A stretch of 64,000 nt of DNA, taken from contig CAMXSN010000001.1 in assembly GCA_947246685.1 (NCBI GenBank), positions 139,361 through 203,360 of the forward strand. Direction: 5' to 3'. The stretch is from an uncultured Clostridia bacterium. GTDB lineage: Bacteria > Bacillota > Clostridia > Christensenellales > UBA3700. Below, one piece after another: positions 1 through 9,113 of this stretch. The notes beneath the pieces are model-generated. The model saw nothing but the letters and a program-made list of their open reading frames with translations, had not been told where the DNA came from and did no database searches. How positions within the stretch are numbered: the stretch's first letter is position 1; every line of letters begins with the position of its first letter. Position numbers and translations under genes: made by a program.

Positions 1-650
1 ACGGAAAGACTGTCTGTATAATGGGCAGTTCGGGAAGCGGTAAGACCACTTTGCTTAACTGCATAAACGGTCAGTTGAATTATGAAGGCAAAATTTTGTA
101 TGGACAAAACGGTTATAAAGATCGTCGCAGAGGCGTGGCTAGAGTTTTTCAGCAACCGAGATTGATCCCGTCTATGACGCTGAGACAAAACGTTTTATAC
201 GCAATGCCTGCTCATATGGATAAAGTTGAGCGCTGCAGACGGGCGGACGCGGTTATCGAAGCACTGAAGATATCGGACTGCAAGGATTCTTATCCGCGAT
301 ACGTCAGCGGCGGACAGGCAAGTCGGGCGGCGCTGGCAAGAGCTTTGGCGGTCGATAGCGATCTTCTTCTAATGGACGAGCCGTTCAAGGGATTGGATAT
401 AAAACTCAAATCGGATATCCTTGATCTTTTGCAACCTATGTTGTACGGTAAAAGCGTAATTTTCGTTACGCACGACGTGGAAGAAGCCTTGTGCTCGGCG
501 GATGAGATATACGTTTTCCGAAAAGGCGACAAGGGAGTTGAGGTGACGTTTAGCGCGGAAATTGCCGAGGATAAGAGGGAAAGAGATATGTTTTCCGACG
601 CGTTCAACGGGATAAGAAAAGAGCTTTTGCGCGCGTTGAGGGAATTGTGA
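1..650 (+). CDS. ABC transporter ATP-binding subunit, 5'-truncated by the window edge
   Basis: The frame is open back to nt 3 (GKTVCI precedes the first Met), so the true start is upstream. Walker A GSSGSGKTT, signature VSGGQ, Walker B LLLMDEPF, H-loop VTHD. The FQQPRLIP segment resembles NitT/TauT-type ATPases. Confidence 0.85.
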   Translation, partial: GKTVCIMGSSGSGKTTLLNCINGQLNYEGKILYGQNGYKDRRRGVARVFQQPRLIPSMTLRQNVLYAMPAHMDKVERCRRADAVIEALKISDCKDSYPRYVSGGQASRAALARALAVDSDLLLMDEPFKGLDIKLKSDILDLLQPMLYGKSVIFVTHDVEEALCSADEIYVFRKGDKGVEVTFSAEIAEDKRERDMFSDAFNGIRKELLRALREL

Positions 651-672
651 GATTGCGTTGAGTATAAAAGAA

Positions 673-694
673 CGGCGGCGAATATACGCCGCCG
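673..694. terminator. GC-rich hairpin between convergent genes (bidirectional terminator; better T-run on the minus strand)
   Basis: CGGCGGCG-aatata-CGCCGCCG, a perfect 8-bp stem. Confidence 0.6.
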
Positions 695-714
695 AAATTC
701 TTTAAGGAGATTTG

Positions 715-1017
715 TCAGGAATTTTTAGCCATATCGATGAGGCTTCTCAATTTTCCTACCTGTTCGCTGCTGAGCATGCAGCTTGCAGAATTGAAAAACT
801 GTTCGAGTTTTTCATTGTCGAGAGTACCGTTTTTTCTTCCGTTGTCAACGAGAGTAAACATCTCTTGCATAAGCCTTTCTTCCGACATATGCGAGTATTT
901 GTTTATTTCGTCTTCCAAAGTGCCGTTTTGATTTGGCGTTGGGTTGCTGAGATTGGAGAAGTTGAAATTAGGCGCTGAATTTTGCGAGTTGGCGGGTCTG
1001 AAATTATTTTTTTTCAT
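715..1017 (-). CDS. hypothetical small protein (100 aa) with an Asn/Gln/Ser-rich N-terminus
   Basis: SD AAGGAG lies just upstream of the ATG. It sits 9 nt downstream of the preceding small ORF on the same strand. Low-complexity N-terminal third, helical-looking C-terminal part. No family recognised. Confidence 0.6.
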   Translation of the reverse strand: MKKNNFRPANSQNSAPNFNFSNLSNPTPNQNGTLEDEINKYSHMSEERLMQEMFTLVDNGRKNGTLDNEKLEQFFNSASCMLSSEQVGKLRSLIDMAKNS

Positions 1018-1026
1018 AGTGCTCCT

Positions 1027-1236
1027 TTAACCTTGAGTATCGTTATAGAGTTTGTTAAGCGTTTTGTTTATTTCATCGGGATCGAGGTTTATTTGAGCGG
1101 GCGGCGCTTGATTTTGTCTTTGTTGAGTACTGTTGCCCATTAGATTGGGAAGAAGCTGCATCAGCATAGACATGTCGTTGCCTCCGCCGTTATTACTGTT
1201 GAGCATTTGCATTATTTTAGCAAAATCCATATCCAT
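1027..1236 (-). CDS. hypothetical small protein (69 aa), Met/Asn/Gln-rich
   Basis: SD GAGGTG lies upstream of the ATG. It sits 43 nt downstream of the cysteine desulfurase-like gene on the same strand. No family recognised. Confidence 0.55.
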   Translation of the reverse strand: MDMDFAKIMQMLNSNNGGGNDMSMLMQLLPNLMGNSTQQRQNQAPPAQINLDPDEINKTLNKLYNDTQG

Positions 1237-1279
1237 ATTTCACCTCGTTTATTGTATGCGTTTTACTTGGAAATGTTGA

Positions 1280-2410
1280 CTAATTGTTTAGCGCGTCTAT
1301 GCATCTGAGTAACGTATGCACGTCGTTGATATTATTATTGTATCCCACGCTTACTCTGACTGTGCCGCAATCCAGCGTGCCGAGCTGTTTGTGTATAAGG
1401 GGCGCGCAGTGCAGTCCGCATCTTACGGCGATATCTCTGTCGTTGAGATAGTCTCCGATGTCCGTCGACGGCATATCTTTATAGTTAAACGATACCACGC
1501 CCGTCGTCTGCGAAGAGTACAGTTTTACATTCTTTATCTGTTTAAGTCCGTAGAGCAGTTCGCCTGTAAGATAGCGAGTGTTGAGGCTGATTTTGGCAAG
1601 ATTTTGATGCGTCCATTCGGCGCTTGCTCCAAGTCCGATTATTCCCGCGCTGTTGATGGTGCCCGATTCGTACGCCTCGGGCGGGACGGTCGGCTGATAG
1701 AGGCTCTCGCTGTGCGTGCCTGTTCCGCCGAATCTTATCGGATAAAGATTGCGCTCCGTGTTGAATATCAAAAATCCCGTTCCCTGACTTCCGTGCAGTC
1801 CCTTGTGTCCTGCTGCGACTAGAAAATCGATATTATTGTCTACTACGTTTACGGACACGTGTCCGAGCGATTGAGCAGTGTCGACCAAAAAGGGTACATT
1901 GTGTTTTTTTGCAGTCTTTCCTATCTGATTGATATCCGTCATATTGCCTGTCACGTTGGAGATATGATTGACGCAGATCAACTTTGTGTCCGGCGTGATT
2001 GCATTGGCGACGTCGAGCGGGGAGATAATCCCGTTTTTGTCGGGCGTTATCTCGATAAGATCGAGATCGAGAAAATTTTTGAGATGGAAAAGCGGTCTGG
2101 CGACGGAATTGTGTTCGTTTGAAGTAAATATTACGTCACAGTGCTGATCTTTGAAATTTAGCAAATAACCGATTATTGCGAGATTGCACGCTTCGGTGCA
2201 GTTTTGCGTAAAAATAAGTTCGTATCTATCGTCGCAGTTGAGCAGAGATTTGAGCAGGCGACGGGTGTCGTATATCTTTATAGCGGTGTCTATAGAGTCG
2301 TTGTGTCCGCCTCTGCCGGGATTGGCTGAGTATGACAGATGTTTGAATATTTCGTCAAACATTCGTCTCGGTTTGAATCTGGATGTTGCCGCGTTGTCTA
2401 AATATATCAT
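1280..2410 (-). CDS. class-V aminotransferase, cysteine desulfurase family (NifS/CsdA/selenocysteine-lyase-like)
   Basis: N-terminus IYLDNAATS, PLP-lysine context AAGHKGLHG, C-terminal active-site Cys in RCGLHCAP, SD GAGGG upstream. Confidence 0.85.
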   Translation of the reverse strand: MIYLDNAATSRFKPRRMFDEIFKHLSYSANPGRGGHNDSIDTAIKIYDTRRLLKSLLNCDDRYELIFTQNCTEACNLAIIGYLLNFKDQHCDVIFTSNEHNSVARPLFHLKNFLDLDLIEITPDKNGIISPLDVANAITPDTKLICVNHISNVTGNMTDINQIGKTAKKHNVPFLVDTAQSLGHVSVNVVDNNIDFLVAAGHKGLHGSQGTGFLIFNTERNLYPIRFGGTGTHSESLYQPTVPPEAYESGTINSAGIIGLGASAEWTHQNLAKISLNTRYLTGELLYGLKQIKNVKLYSSQTTGVVSFNYKDMPSTDIGDYLNDRDIAVRCGLHCAPLIHKQLGTLDCGTVRVSVGYNNNINDVHTLLRCIDALNN

Positions 2411-2485
2411 TTTTCCCTCACAGTTTTTGGTATCGTTTAATATATTGTATTAGGAGCGACGTACATAAATACCAAGGAGAAAGCT

Positions 2486-2746
2486 ATGAATTATTCTGTG
2501 ATTGTTTTTCGCTCCCGCAGTGATGCGCTTGCAATGCGCAGTTACTTAAACAGCCGAGGCGTGCCTTGCGCTACAATCAATGCGCCTCGCAGTATCACGC
2601 AGTCTTGCGGACTTGCGTTGAAAATTCACAACGTATCTAGGCAGACATTAGTCAATCTGATCAAATCTTGCCCGACCAAGGTTCAATGTTCGGTCTATTC
2701 GGCATATGCGGAGCAGGGAGGCATAAGATACAGATTGATTTCCTGA
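2486..2746 (+). CDS. DUF3343-family putative S/Se carrier-like protein
   Basis: 86 aa. The segment INAPRSITQSCGLALKI matches the conserved P-x-P-R-x-I-S-x-x-C-G-L-A core of DUF3343. It is divergent from a cysteine desulfurase gene, which is a typical partner. Confidence 0.7.
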   Translation: MNYSVIVFRSRSDALAMRSYLNSRGVPCATINAPRSITQSCGLALKIHNVSRQTLVNLIKSCPTKVQCSVYSAYAEQGGIRYRLIS

Positions 2747-2752
2747 CCTATG

Positions 2753-2785
2753 AAAAAAGGGACTGATTTCTCAGCCCCTGAATTG
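2753..2785. terminator. hairpin terminator between DUF3343 and tam (T-run on the minus strand)
   Basis: A6 run, then GGGACTGA-tttc-TCAGCCCC with one mismatch. Confidence 0.5.
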
Positions 2786-2823
2786 ATTTAAGACAAAAAT
2801 TTATATGGACTTTTCAGTAACTG

Positions 2824-3591
2824 TCAAGTCTGTTTTTTTGCAATTAAGAAGAGCCGTTTGAACGGGAACAGCGTCTTACCGTTGGCGGCGGAAGGATAAG
2901 CGGCGCGCAAATTTTTGAGCGCTTTTGAAAGAAAAGCGTCCATAGTTTCTCTATCCAATGCCTCGAAATAAGGGCGCAGTGCCGTGCCTTTGAGAAACTC
3001 CAGTACGGACTCGCAGCCGTCCATTTCATGATAATAGTCCGTCGTCCACATCTGAACGTCGCCGAAATATTTTTTCAAAATGAGATAGTATTCCTCGGGA
3101 GAGTGAATTGTAAATCTTTCTTTGAAATCTTTGAGATATTCGTTGGGCAGATCGGCAGCCGCGTCTTTTATGCATTTGCTCGCTGGCATACTGTCAAACA
3201 GAGGTATCTGAGCCGCAAACACGCCGCATTCGTCGAGCATACCGCAACAGTTTGCTATAAACTTGTCGTGGTCGGGTATCCATTGCATAAAAGCGTTGGA
3301 AAAAATAAGGTCGAATTTGCCTAGATCGTCCAATGGCTTCGAGCAGTCGCGTTGAATGAACCTGATGTCGGGCAGAGAGGCGGAGGCAAGTTCCAGCATT
3401 TCCGCCGAAAGGTCCGCGCCGGAAATTGCGGCTGCGTTCCATGCGTTTGCCAAAGTCACGGTGCTCATTCCCGTGCCGCATCCGACGTCGAGAATTCTCT
3501 TGAAATCATATCCCGACAGTCTGTTGACCAAGTCGACTGACGGCTGAATACGTTCCGTACCGAATTTGTTATACAAAGGTGCGTTCCACAT
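2824..3591 (-). CDS. tam: trans-aconitate 2-methyltransferase-like SAM-dependent methyltransferase
   Basis: Collinear with E. coli Tam: W-N-x-x-L-Y-x-x-F, SAM motif ILDVGCGTGMST, LIFSNAFMQWIPDH, C-terminal FKRLFLIAKK. SD GAGGAG upstream. Confidence 0.75.
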   Translation of the reverse strand: MWNAPLYNKFGTERIQPSVDLVNRLSGYDFKRILDVGCGTGMSTVTLANAWNAAAISGADLSAEMLELASASLPDIRFIQRDCSKPLDDLGKFDLIFSNAFMQWIPDHDKFIANCCGMLDECGVFAAQIPLFDSMPASKCIKDAAADLPNEYLKDFKERFTIHSPEEYYLILKKYFGDVQMWTTDYYHEMDGCESVLEFLKGTALRPYFEALDRETMDAFLSKALKNLRAAYPSAANGKTLFPFKRLFLIAKKQT

Positions 3592-3676
3592 AAATATTCT
3601 CCTCTTAACTAGTATAGCACTCCGAAGTGCGTTAATGCAATAGAGGGCGTAAATATTGTTAATTATCGGAAAATAC

Positions 3677-3705
3677 TTTACAAGAGCGCATATTTGTATT
3701 ATAAT
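3677..3705 (+). promoter_or_regulatory. sigma-A-type promoter for the CNNM-ileS transcription unit
   Basis: TTTACA (3677-3682), 17-nt spacer, TATAAT (3700-3705), about 20 nt upstream of the SD. Confidence 0.5.
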
Positions 3706-3735
3706 TAATTATATTTTATTTATTTTAAGGAGTTT

Positions 3736-5058
3736 TTGATTTCTATGGTGGTTCCTTTATTGTCTGCCGCATCTGACTTAGGAGCATCTCGATTGTCGGG
3801 TTATATCGTCGCAATCGTTATTCTTGTGTTTTTATCGGGATTTTTTTCGTCTACCGAGACGGCTTTTTCTTCTCTCAACAGAATTAGATTGAAAAATCTA
3901 TATTCTACCGAAAAGAAAAAATATTCTAAAGTTTATTTTCTCAGCGAGCATTTCGACGGACTGATTTCTACCATATTGATAGGAAATAACATCGTCAACA
4001 TCACCGCGACTACTTTGGCGACTATGATGTTTACGGCGTTGATAGCCAATCAAGACGTGGCGGGCGTGGTGTCGACGATTGTCATCACGGTTGTGGTGCT
4101 TATATTCGGCGAAGTCCTGCCAAAGTCTATGGCAAAGCGTTCTCCCGAGCATTTTGCGAGAATTACCGCGCCGTTTATATTGGCGTTGTATTACGTATTG
4201 TTCCCGTTGGTGTGGCTGATGGGATTGTTTCAAAAACTTATTGCCAAGATATTTAAGAAAAAGGGCAGCGAGAATATCACCGACGAGGAACTCATTACTT
4301 ACGTAGACGAGGCGCAGACGGAGGGCGGTCTCGACGAATATGAGGGAGATCTTATCCGTTCGGCTATCGAATTTGACAATATGACGGTCAGAGACGTATT
4401 TACGCCGAGAGTCGAGGTCGAAGCCGTCGATATCGGAGATTCTATGTCCGACGTAATGAAGGTGTTTAGAGAAAGCGGCTATTCGAGACTGCCGGTATAC
4501 AAAGAAAATATAGACACGATCGTAGGCGTCGTTAATCTCAAAGATTTCTACGAGTCTTATATCGACGGAGAAAGCAGATTTTCCCGCCTTGTGGCAAAGA
4601 ACGTGATTTATGTTCCCGACACGATGAAGATAAGCGACGTGCTAAGAAAGTTGCAGATTGCAAAAATGCATCTCGCGATAGTAGCAGACGAATTCGGCGG
4701 TACTATGGGTATCGTCACGCTCGAAGATATTCTCGAGCAGCTTGTCGGAGAAATTTGGGACGAAAGAGACGAAATTGTCGAGCCGTTCGTCAAGCTTGCC
4801 GACAATAAATATATTGTTCTCGGCGACACTAATCTCGAAGATTTCTTCGAACATTTCGAAGTCAACGAGTCTCAAGAAGAATTCGAGCCTGTCACTCTAA
4901 GCGGTTATATAGCGTTTGCGTTGGGCAGACTTCCGCAGGTGGGCGATATCGTCAATTTCGAAAAACTTGCCATAACCGTCAAGAAGATGAACAACACGGT
5001 TGTGGAGAAAGCCGAAGTACTCATCATCGAGGAAGAAGAGCAAACGCAGGAAAAATAA
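3736..5058 (+). CDS. CNNM/CorC-HlyC family hemolysin-like membrane protein (DUF21-CBS-CorC_HlyC)
   Basis: N-terminal 4-TM DUF21 region, CBS pair (TVRDVFTPRVEV; HLAIVADEFGGTMGIVTLEDILEQLVGEI), and a C-terminal transporter-associated domain. The start is ambiguous: TTG 3736 or ATG 3745 after SD AAGGAG at 3727-3732. Confidence 0.85.
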   Translation: MISMVVPLLSAASDLGASRLSGYIVAIVILVFLSGFFSSTETAFSSLNRIRLKNLYSTEKKKYSKVYFLSEHFDGLISTILIGNNIVNITATTLATMMFTALIANQDVAGVVSTIVITVVVLIFGEVLPKSMAKRSPEHFARITAPFILALYYVLFPLVWLMGLFQKLIAKIFKKKGSENITDEELITYVDEAQTEGGLDEYEGDLIRSAIEFDNMTVRDVFTPRVEVEAVDIGDSMSDVMKVFRESGYSRLPVYKENIDTIVGVVNLKDFYESYIDGESRFSRLVAKNVIYVPDTMKISDVLRKLQIAKMHLAIVADEFGGTMGIVTLEDILEQLVGEIWDERDEIVEPFVKLADNKYIVLGDTNLEDFFEHFEVNESQEEFEPVTLSGYIAFALGRLPQVGDIVNFEKLAITVKKMNNTVVEKAEVLIIEEEEQTQEK

Positions 5059-5088
5059 GGTTTTAGTCAAATAGATTAGGAGGCAAAA

Positions 5089-8000
5089 ATGTATAAAAAG
5101 GTTGATTCCTCAATGAACTTCTGCCAAAGAGAAAAAGAAGTCATAGAATTTTGGAAGAAAAACAGAATTTTCGAGAAGAGCGTCGAAAAAAACAAGGGTA
5201 AAGAGTCTTTCTCTTTTTACGACGGTCCGCCTACGGCAAACGGAAAGCCGCATATCGGGCATATCTTGACCCGCGTAATGAAAGATATTATCCCAAGATA
5301 TAAGACGATGAAGGGTTATTACGTCGCAAGAAAAGCCGGATGGGATACGCACGGCTTGCCCGTCGAGTTGGAAGTGGAAAAATTGCTTGGTATAGACGGA
5401 AAGCCGGAGATCGAAAAATACGGAATCGAGCCGTTTATAAAGAAGTGCAAAGAAAGCGTATGGAAATATAAAGGCGAATGGGAGAGGATGTCCGACAGAG
5501 TAGGCTACTGGGTGGATATGGACAATCCTTATATCACGTACGACGATAATTATATTGAGTCCGTGTGGTGGGCGGTCAAAACTATTGCAGACAAGGGGCT
5601 GATATATAAAGGCCACAAAATAGTGCCTTATTGCCCTAGGTGCGGAACGGCTTTGTCTTCGCACGAAGTTGCGCAAGGATACAAAGACGTCAAGGAAAAA
5701 TCCGTTTTCGTTAAATTCAAGAGAAAAAACAACCAAGGATATTTTCTCGCATGGACAACCACTCCGTGGACTTTGCCGTCCAACGTAGCGCTGTGTATGA
5801 ACGGACAGGAAGAGTATTCGGAAATCAAAGTCGACGGAGAGATATACGTGCTTGCCAAAGCGTTGGTACCGTCATTGTTTGAAGAATACGAGGAAATCAG
5901 CGTAAAATTGGGCAAGGATTACGAGAGAGAGGAATACATACCTCTTTTCGAAACCAACGACACGAAGAAGAAGGCTTATTACGTCACCAACGATTCTTAC
6001 GTTACGCTTACGGACGGTTCGGGTATCGTACATATTGCTCCCGCGTTCGGCGAGGACGACTCTAAGGTGGGAAGAAAGTACGATTTGCCGTTTATTCAAA
6101 CTGTCGACGACAGGGGACGTTTTACCGAAGTTATGGGAGATATGAAAGGCGTATTCGTCAAAGACGGCGACAAGCTGATCATTAAGAATTTGACGGAAAG
6201 AGGGCTGTTGTTTAAGGAACTTATGTTCGAGCACAGTTATCCGTTCTGTTGGAGATGCGATACTCCGCTTTTGTATTATGCAAGATCCAGCTGGTTTATC
6301 AAGATGACGGAAGTTAGAGAGCAGTTGCTCAAAAACAACGCTACCGTCAATTGGATGCCACCTACGATAGGATCGGGTCGTATGGGAAATTTCCTCGAAA
6401 ACGTCATAGATTGGGGCATTTCGAGAGAGAGATATTGGGGTACTCCGTTGCCGATATGGGTATGTCCCGATTGCGGAGAGATAAAAGTCGTTGGCAGCAG
6501 AGAAGAGCTTAGGACTTTGGGAGGACTTAAAGAAGATATCGAGTTGCACAAACCGTATATCGACAAAGTGACTTTCAGATGTTCTTGCGGCGGCGAAATG
6601 AAGCGTACTCCCGAGGTAATGGATTGTTGGTTTGACAGCGGAAGTATGCCGTTTGCGCAGTTGCATTATCCGTTTGAAAACAAAGAGATTTTCGAGCAGC
6701 AGTTTCCTGCCAATTTTATAAGCGAGGCCGTGGATCAGACGCGAGGTTGGTTCTACACTCTGCTTGCTATATCCACTTTGCTGTTTGACAAGGCTCCGTT
6801 CAAAAACTGTATCGTGCTCGGTCACGTCAACGATAAGAACGGTATCAAGATGTCCAAACACAAAGGTAACGTAGTCGATCCGTGGTCGGTGTTGGACGTG
6901 CAGGGTGCAGATGCTGTAAGATGGTATTTCTATTCTTCTTCCGCTCCTTGGCTGCCTTCAAGATTTTCTGCGGACAACGTGTCGGAAGGACAGCGCAAAT
7001 TCATGGGTACGCTGTGGAATACCTATTCTTTCTACGTGCTGTATGCAAATATAGATAAATACGATCCCAGCAAATATACGCTTAAGGATTGCAAACTGTC
7101 GCATATGGACAAATGGATACTCTCCAATCTCAACACTTTGGTAGATTACGTGGACAAATGTCTTGACGCGTATAAGATAACGGAAAGCTCGCGCGCAATA
7201 CAGGATTTTGTCGATATACTTTCCAACTGGTACGTTCGCCGAGGCAGAGAAAGATATTGGGCTAGCGATATGAACGACGACAAGATCGCAGCGTACACGA
7301 CGCTGTATACCGTATTGGTCACACTTGCTAAAATAACGGCGCCGTACGTTCCGTTTATGGCAGAGAGCATATATCAAAATCTTGTTACGGGATTTTTCAA
7401 AGACGCCCCCGAGAGCGTGCACTTATGCGATTTTCCGCAGGCGGATAAGTCTATGGTAGACAAAAATCTCGAAGAAGATATGAACTATGTTTTGCAGGCT
7501 GTCGTGCTGGGCAGGGCGGCTAGAAATAAGGCTAATATCAAGAACAGACAGCCTTTGAGCAATCTGTATATTCTCACTGATAAAAAGGTCAACGACGCTA
7601 ATATTCTTAACCTCGTAGCCGATGAAATCAACGTGAGAAACTGCGAAGCGGTTGAGGATAAATCAAGATTTATGACTTATGAATTGAAACCGCAACTTAA
7701 AACGCTAGGACCCAAATACGGCAAACAGTTGGCGGCAATACGACAGTATCTCTCAACGTGCGACAATGCTAGCGAAATCGTCGAATGCGTAAGCGCGGGT
7801 AAACTTTTCAGATTTACAGCCGACGGCGCCGAAATCGAACTATCGCTTGAAGATTTGCTGATTACGCCGATAAACAAAAGCGGTTTTGCATTGGAAAGCG
7901 ATTCAACCATGACGGTTGTAATCGATACTCAACTCAGCGAAGAACTGATAAACGCAGGTATTGCGAGAGAACTTACGTCTAAGATTCAGACGATGAGAAA

Positions 8001-8199
8001 AGAAGCGGGATTCGAAGTCACCGACCATATCAAAGTCGGATTCAAGGGCGAAGGTAAGTGCGTAGAGGTCTTGAAGAGCGACAAGAGCATATGCGAAGGT
8101 ATACTGTGCGATCAACTCGCCGACGGAACGCTGGACGGCTTTGAGAAAGAATTGGATATCAACGGCGAAATAGTTGTCGTTTCCGTCGCAAAGATTTAA
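5089..8199 (+). CDS. ileS: isoleucine--tRNA ligase, type 2 (long, eukaryote-like form)
   Basis: 1036 aa. HIGH region PPTANGKPHIGH, KMSKS region KMSKHKGN, editing-domain segment TTTPWTLPSNVA. Perfect SD AGGAGG upstream. Confidence 0.95.
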   Translation: MYKKVDSSMNFCQREKEVIEFWKKNRIFEKSVEKNKGKESFSFYDGPPTANGKPHIGHILTRVMKDIIPRYKTMKGYYVARKAGWDTHGLPVELEVEKLLGIDGKPEIEKYGIEPFIKKCKESVWKYKGEWERMSDRVGYWVDMDNPYITYDDNYIESVWWAVKTIADKGLIYKGHKIVPYCPRCGTALSSHEVAQGYKDVKEKSVFVKFKRKNNQGYFLAWTTTPWTLPSNVALCMNGQEEYSEIKVDGEIYVLAKALVPSLFEEYEEISVKLGKDYEREEYIPLFETNDTKKKAYYVTNDSYVTLTDGSGIVHIAPAFGEDDSKVGRKYDLPFIQTVDDRGRFTEVMGDMKGVFVKDGDKLIIKNLTERGLLFKELMFEHSYPFCWRCDTPLLYYARSSWFIKMTEVREQLLKNNATVNWMPPTIGSGRMGNFLENVIDWGISRERYWGTPLPIWVCPDCGEIKVVGSREELRTLGGLKEDIELHKPYIDKVTFRCSCGGEMKRTPEVMDCWFDSGSMPFAQLHYPFENKEIFEQQFPANFISEAVDQTRGWFYTLLAISTLLFDKAPFKNCIVLGHVNDKNGIKMSKHKGNVVDPWSVLDVQGADAVRWYFYSSSAPWLPSRFSADNVSEGQRKFMGTLWNTYSFYVLYANIDKYDPSKYTLKDCKLSHMDKWILSNLNTLVDYVDKCLDAYKITESSRAIQDFVDILSNWYVRRGRERYWASDMNDDKIAAYTTLYTVLVTLAKITAPYVPFMAESIYQNLVTGFFKDAPESVHLCDFPQADKSMVDKNLEEDMNYVLQAVVLGRAARNKANIKNRQPLSNLYILTDKKVNDANILNLVADEINVRNCEAVEDKSRFMTYELKPQLKTLGPKYGKQLAAIRQYLSTCDNASEIVECVSAGKLFRFTADGAEIELSLEDLLITPINKSGFALESDSTMTVVIDTQLSEELINAGIARELTSKIQTMRKEAGFEVTDHIKVGFKGEGKCVEVLKSDKSICEGILCDQLADGTLDGFEKELDINGEIVVVSVAKI

Positions 8200-8220
8200 G
8201 CGGCAAGATACGGAGACTGT

Positions 8221-9099
8221 ATGATAAAAGTAGCGCGCGAATGGAAAGATTATCAGATAATTGCCACCGGAGACGGGCAGAAATTGGAAAGATGGGGAAA
8301 CCTCGTCTTGTTGAGACCCGATCCGCAGGTGATTTGGAAGAGTTCCGCGCCGCTCGAAAAGAATAAAAATATCAATGCGAGATATATTCGCTCCAATCAG
8401 GGCGGCGGCAGATGGGAATATCAAGGAAATGTGCCCGATAACTTTACCGTCGAGCGAAAGGGACTCGTCTTTTCGCTCAAACTTATGGGATTCAAACACA
8501 CGGGGTTATTTCCCGAGCAAGCCGTCAATTGGGATATAATGCAACGGCTTATAACCGACAGCGGCAGACCGGTCAAGGTGCTCAATCTGTTTGCTTATAC
8601 GGGCGGAGCGACGGTAGCCTGCGCAAAAGCCGGAGCGCACGTAACTCACGTTGACGCGGCGAAAGCCATGGTAGATAGAGCCAAGACCAACGTATCTCTG
8701 AGCAATATAGCGTCGGACAGGGTAAGATATATCGTGGACGACTGTCAGAAGTTTATAGCCAGGGAACAACGCAGGGGAAATAAGTACGACGCCGTAATAA
8801 TGGATCCGCCGTCATACGGCAGAGGAGCCAACGGCGAAGTGTGGAAATTGGAAGACAGTATATTCGATCTTGTCTCGGAATGCGTCAAGACGCTGTCTGA
8901 CAGACCTTTGTTTTTCCTAATCAACTCATATACGACGGGGCTTCAGCCGCAGGTGATTGACAATATTCTCAGAATTTGCCTTAAAGGATACAAAGGCGAA
9001 AGTCAAGCTTACGAAGTCGGATTGCCTACGCAGGAGGGATTGATTCTTCCGTGCGGATGCAGCGGACTGTGGGTGAGCCGTGATGCAAAAACAATATAA
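8221..9099 (+). CDS. class I SAM-dependent RNA methyltransferase (RlmI/RlmK-like, Methyltrans_SAM type)
   Basis: FKHTGLFPEQ, SAM-binding LNLFAYTGGATVA, catalytic-region DAVIMDPPSYGRG. Confidence 0.7.
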   Translation: MIKVAREWKDYQIIATGDGQKLERWGNLVLLRPDPQVIWKSSAPLEKNKNINARYIRSNQGGGRWEYQGNVPDNFTVERKGLVFSLKLMGFKHTGLFPEQAVNWDIMQRLITDSGRPVKVLNLFAYTGGATVACAKAGAHVTHVDAAKAMVDRAKTNVSLSNIASDRVRYIVDDCQKFIAREQRRGNKYDAVIMDPPSYGRGANGEVWKLEDSIFDLVSECVKTLSDRPLFFLINSYTTGLQPQVIDNILRICLKGYKGESQAYEVGLPTQEGLILPCGCSGLWVSRDAKTI

Positions 9100-9113
9100 T
9101 TAAGGATAAATAT

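Noticed and set aside
5110-6861. Minus-strand ORFs of 208, 95 and 329 aa opposite ileS.
   Set aside because: The 329-aa ORF is a codon-complementary shadow of ileS, and the others are short out-of-frame antisense ORFs. None shows a recognisable motif or ribosome-binding site.
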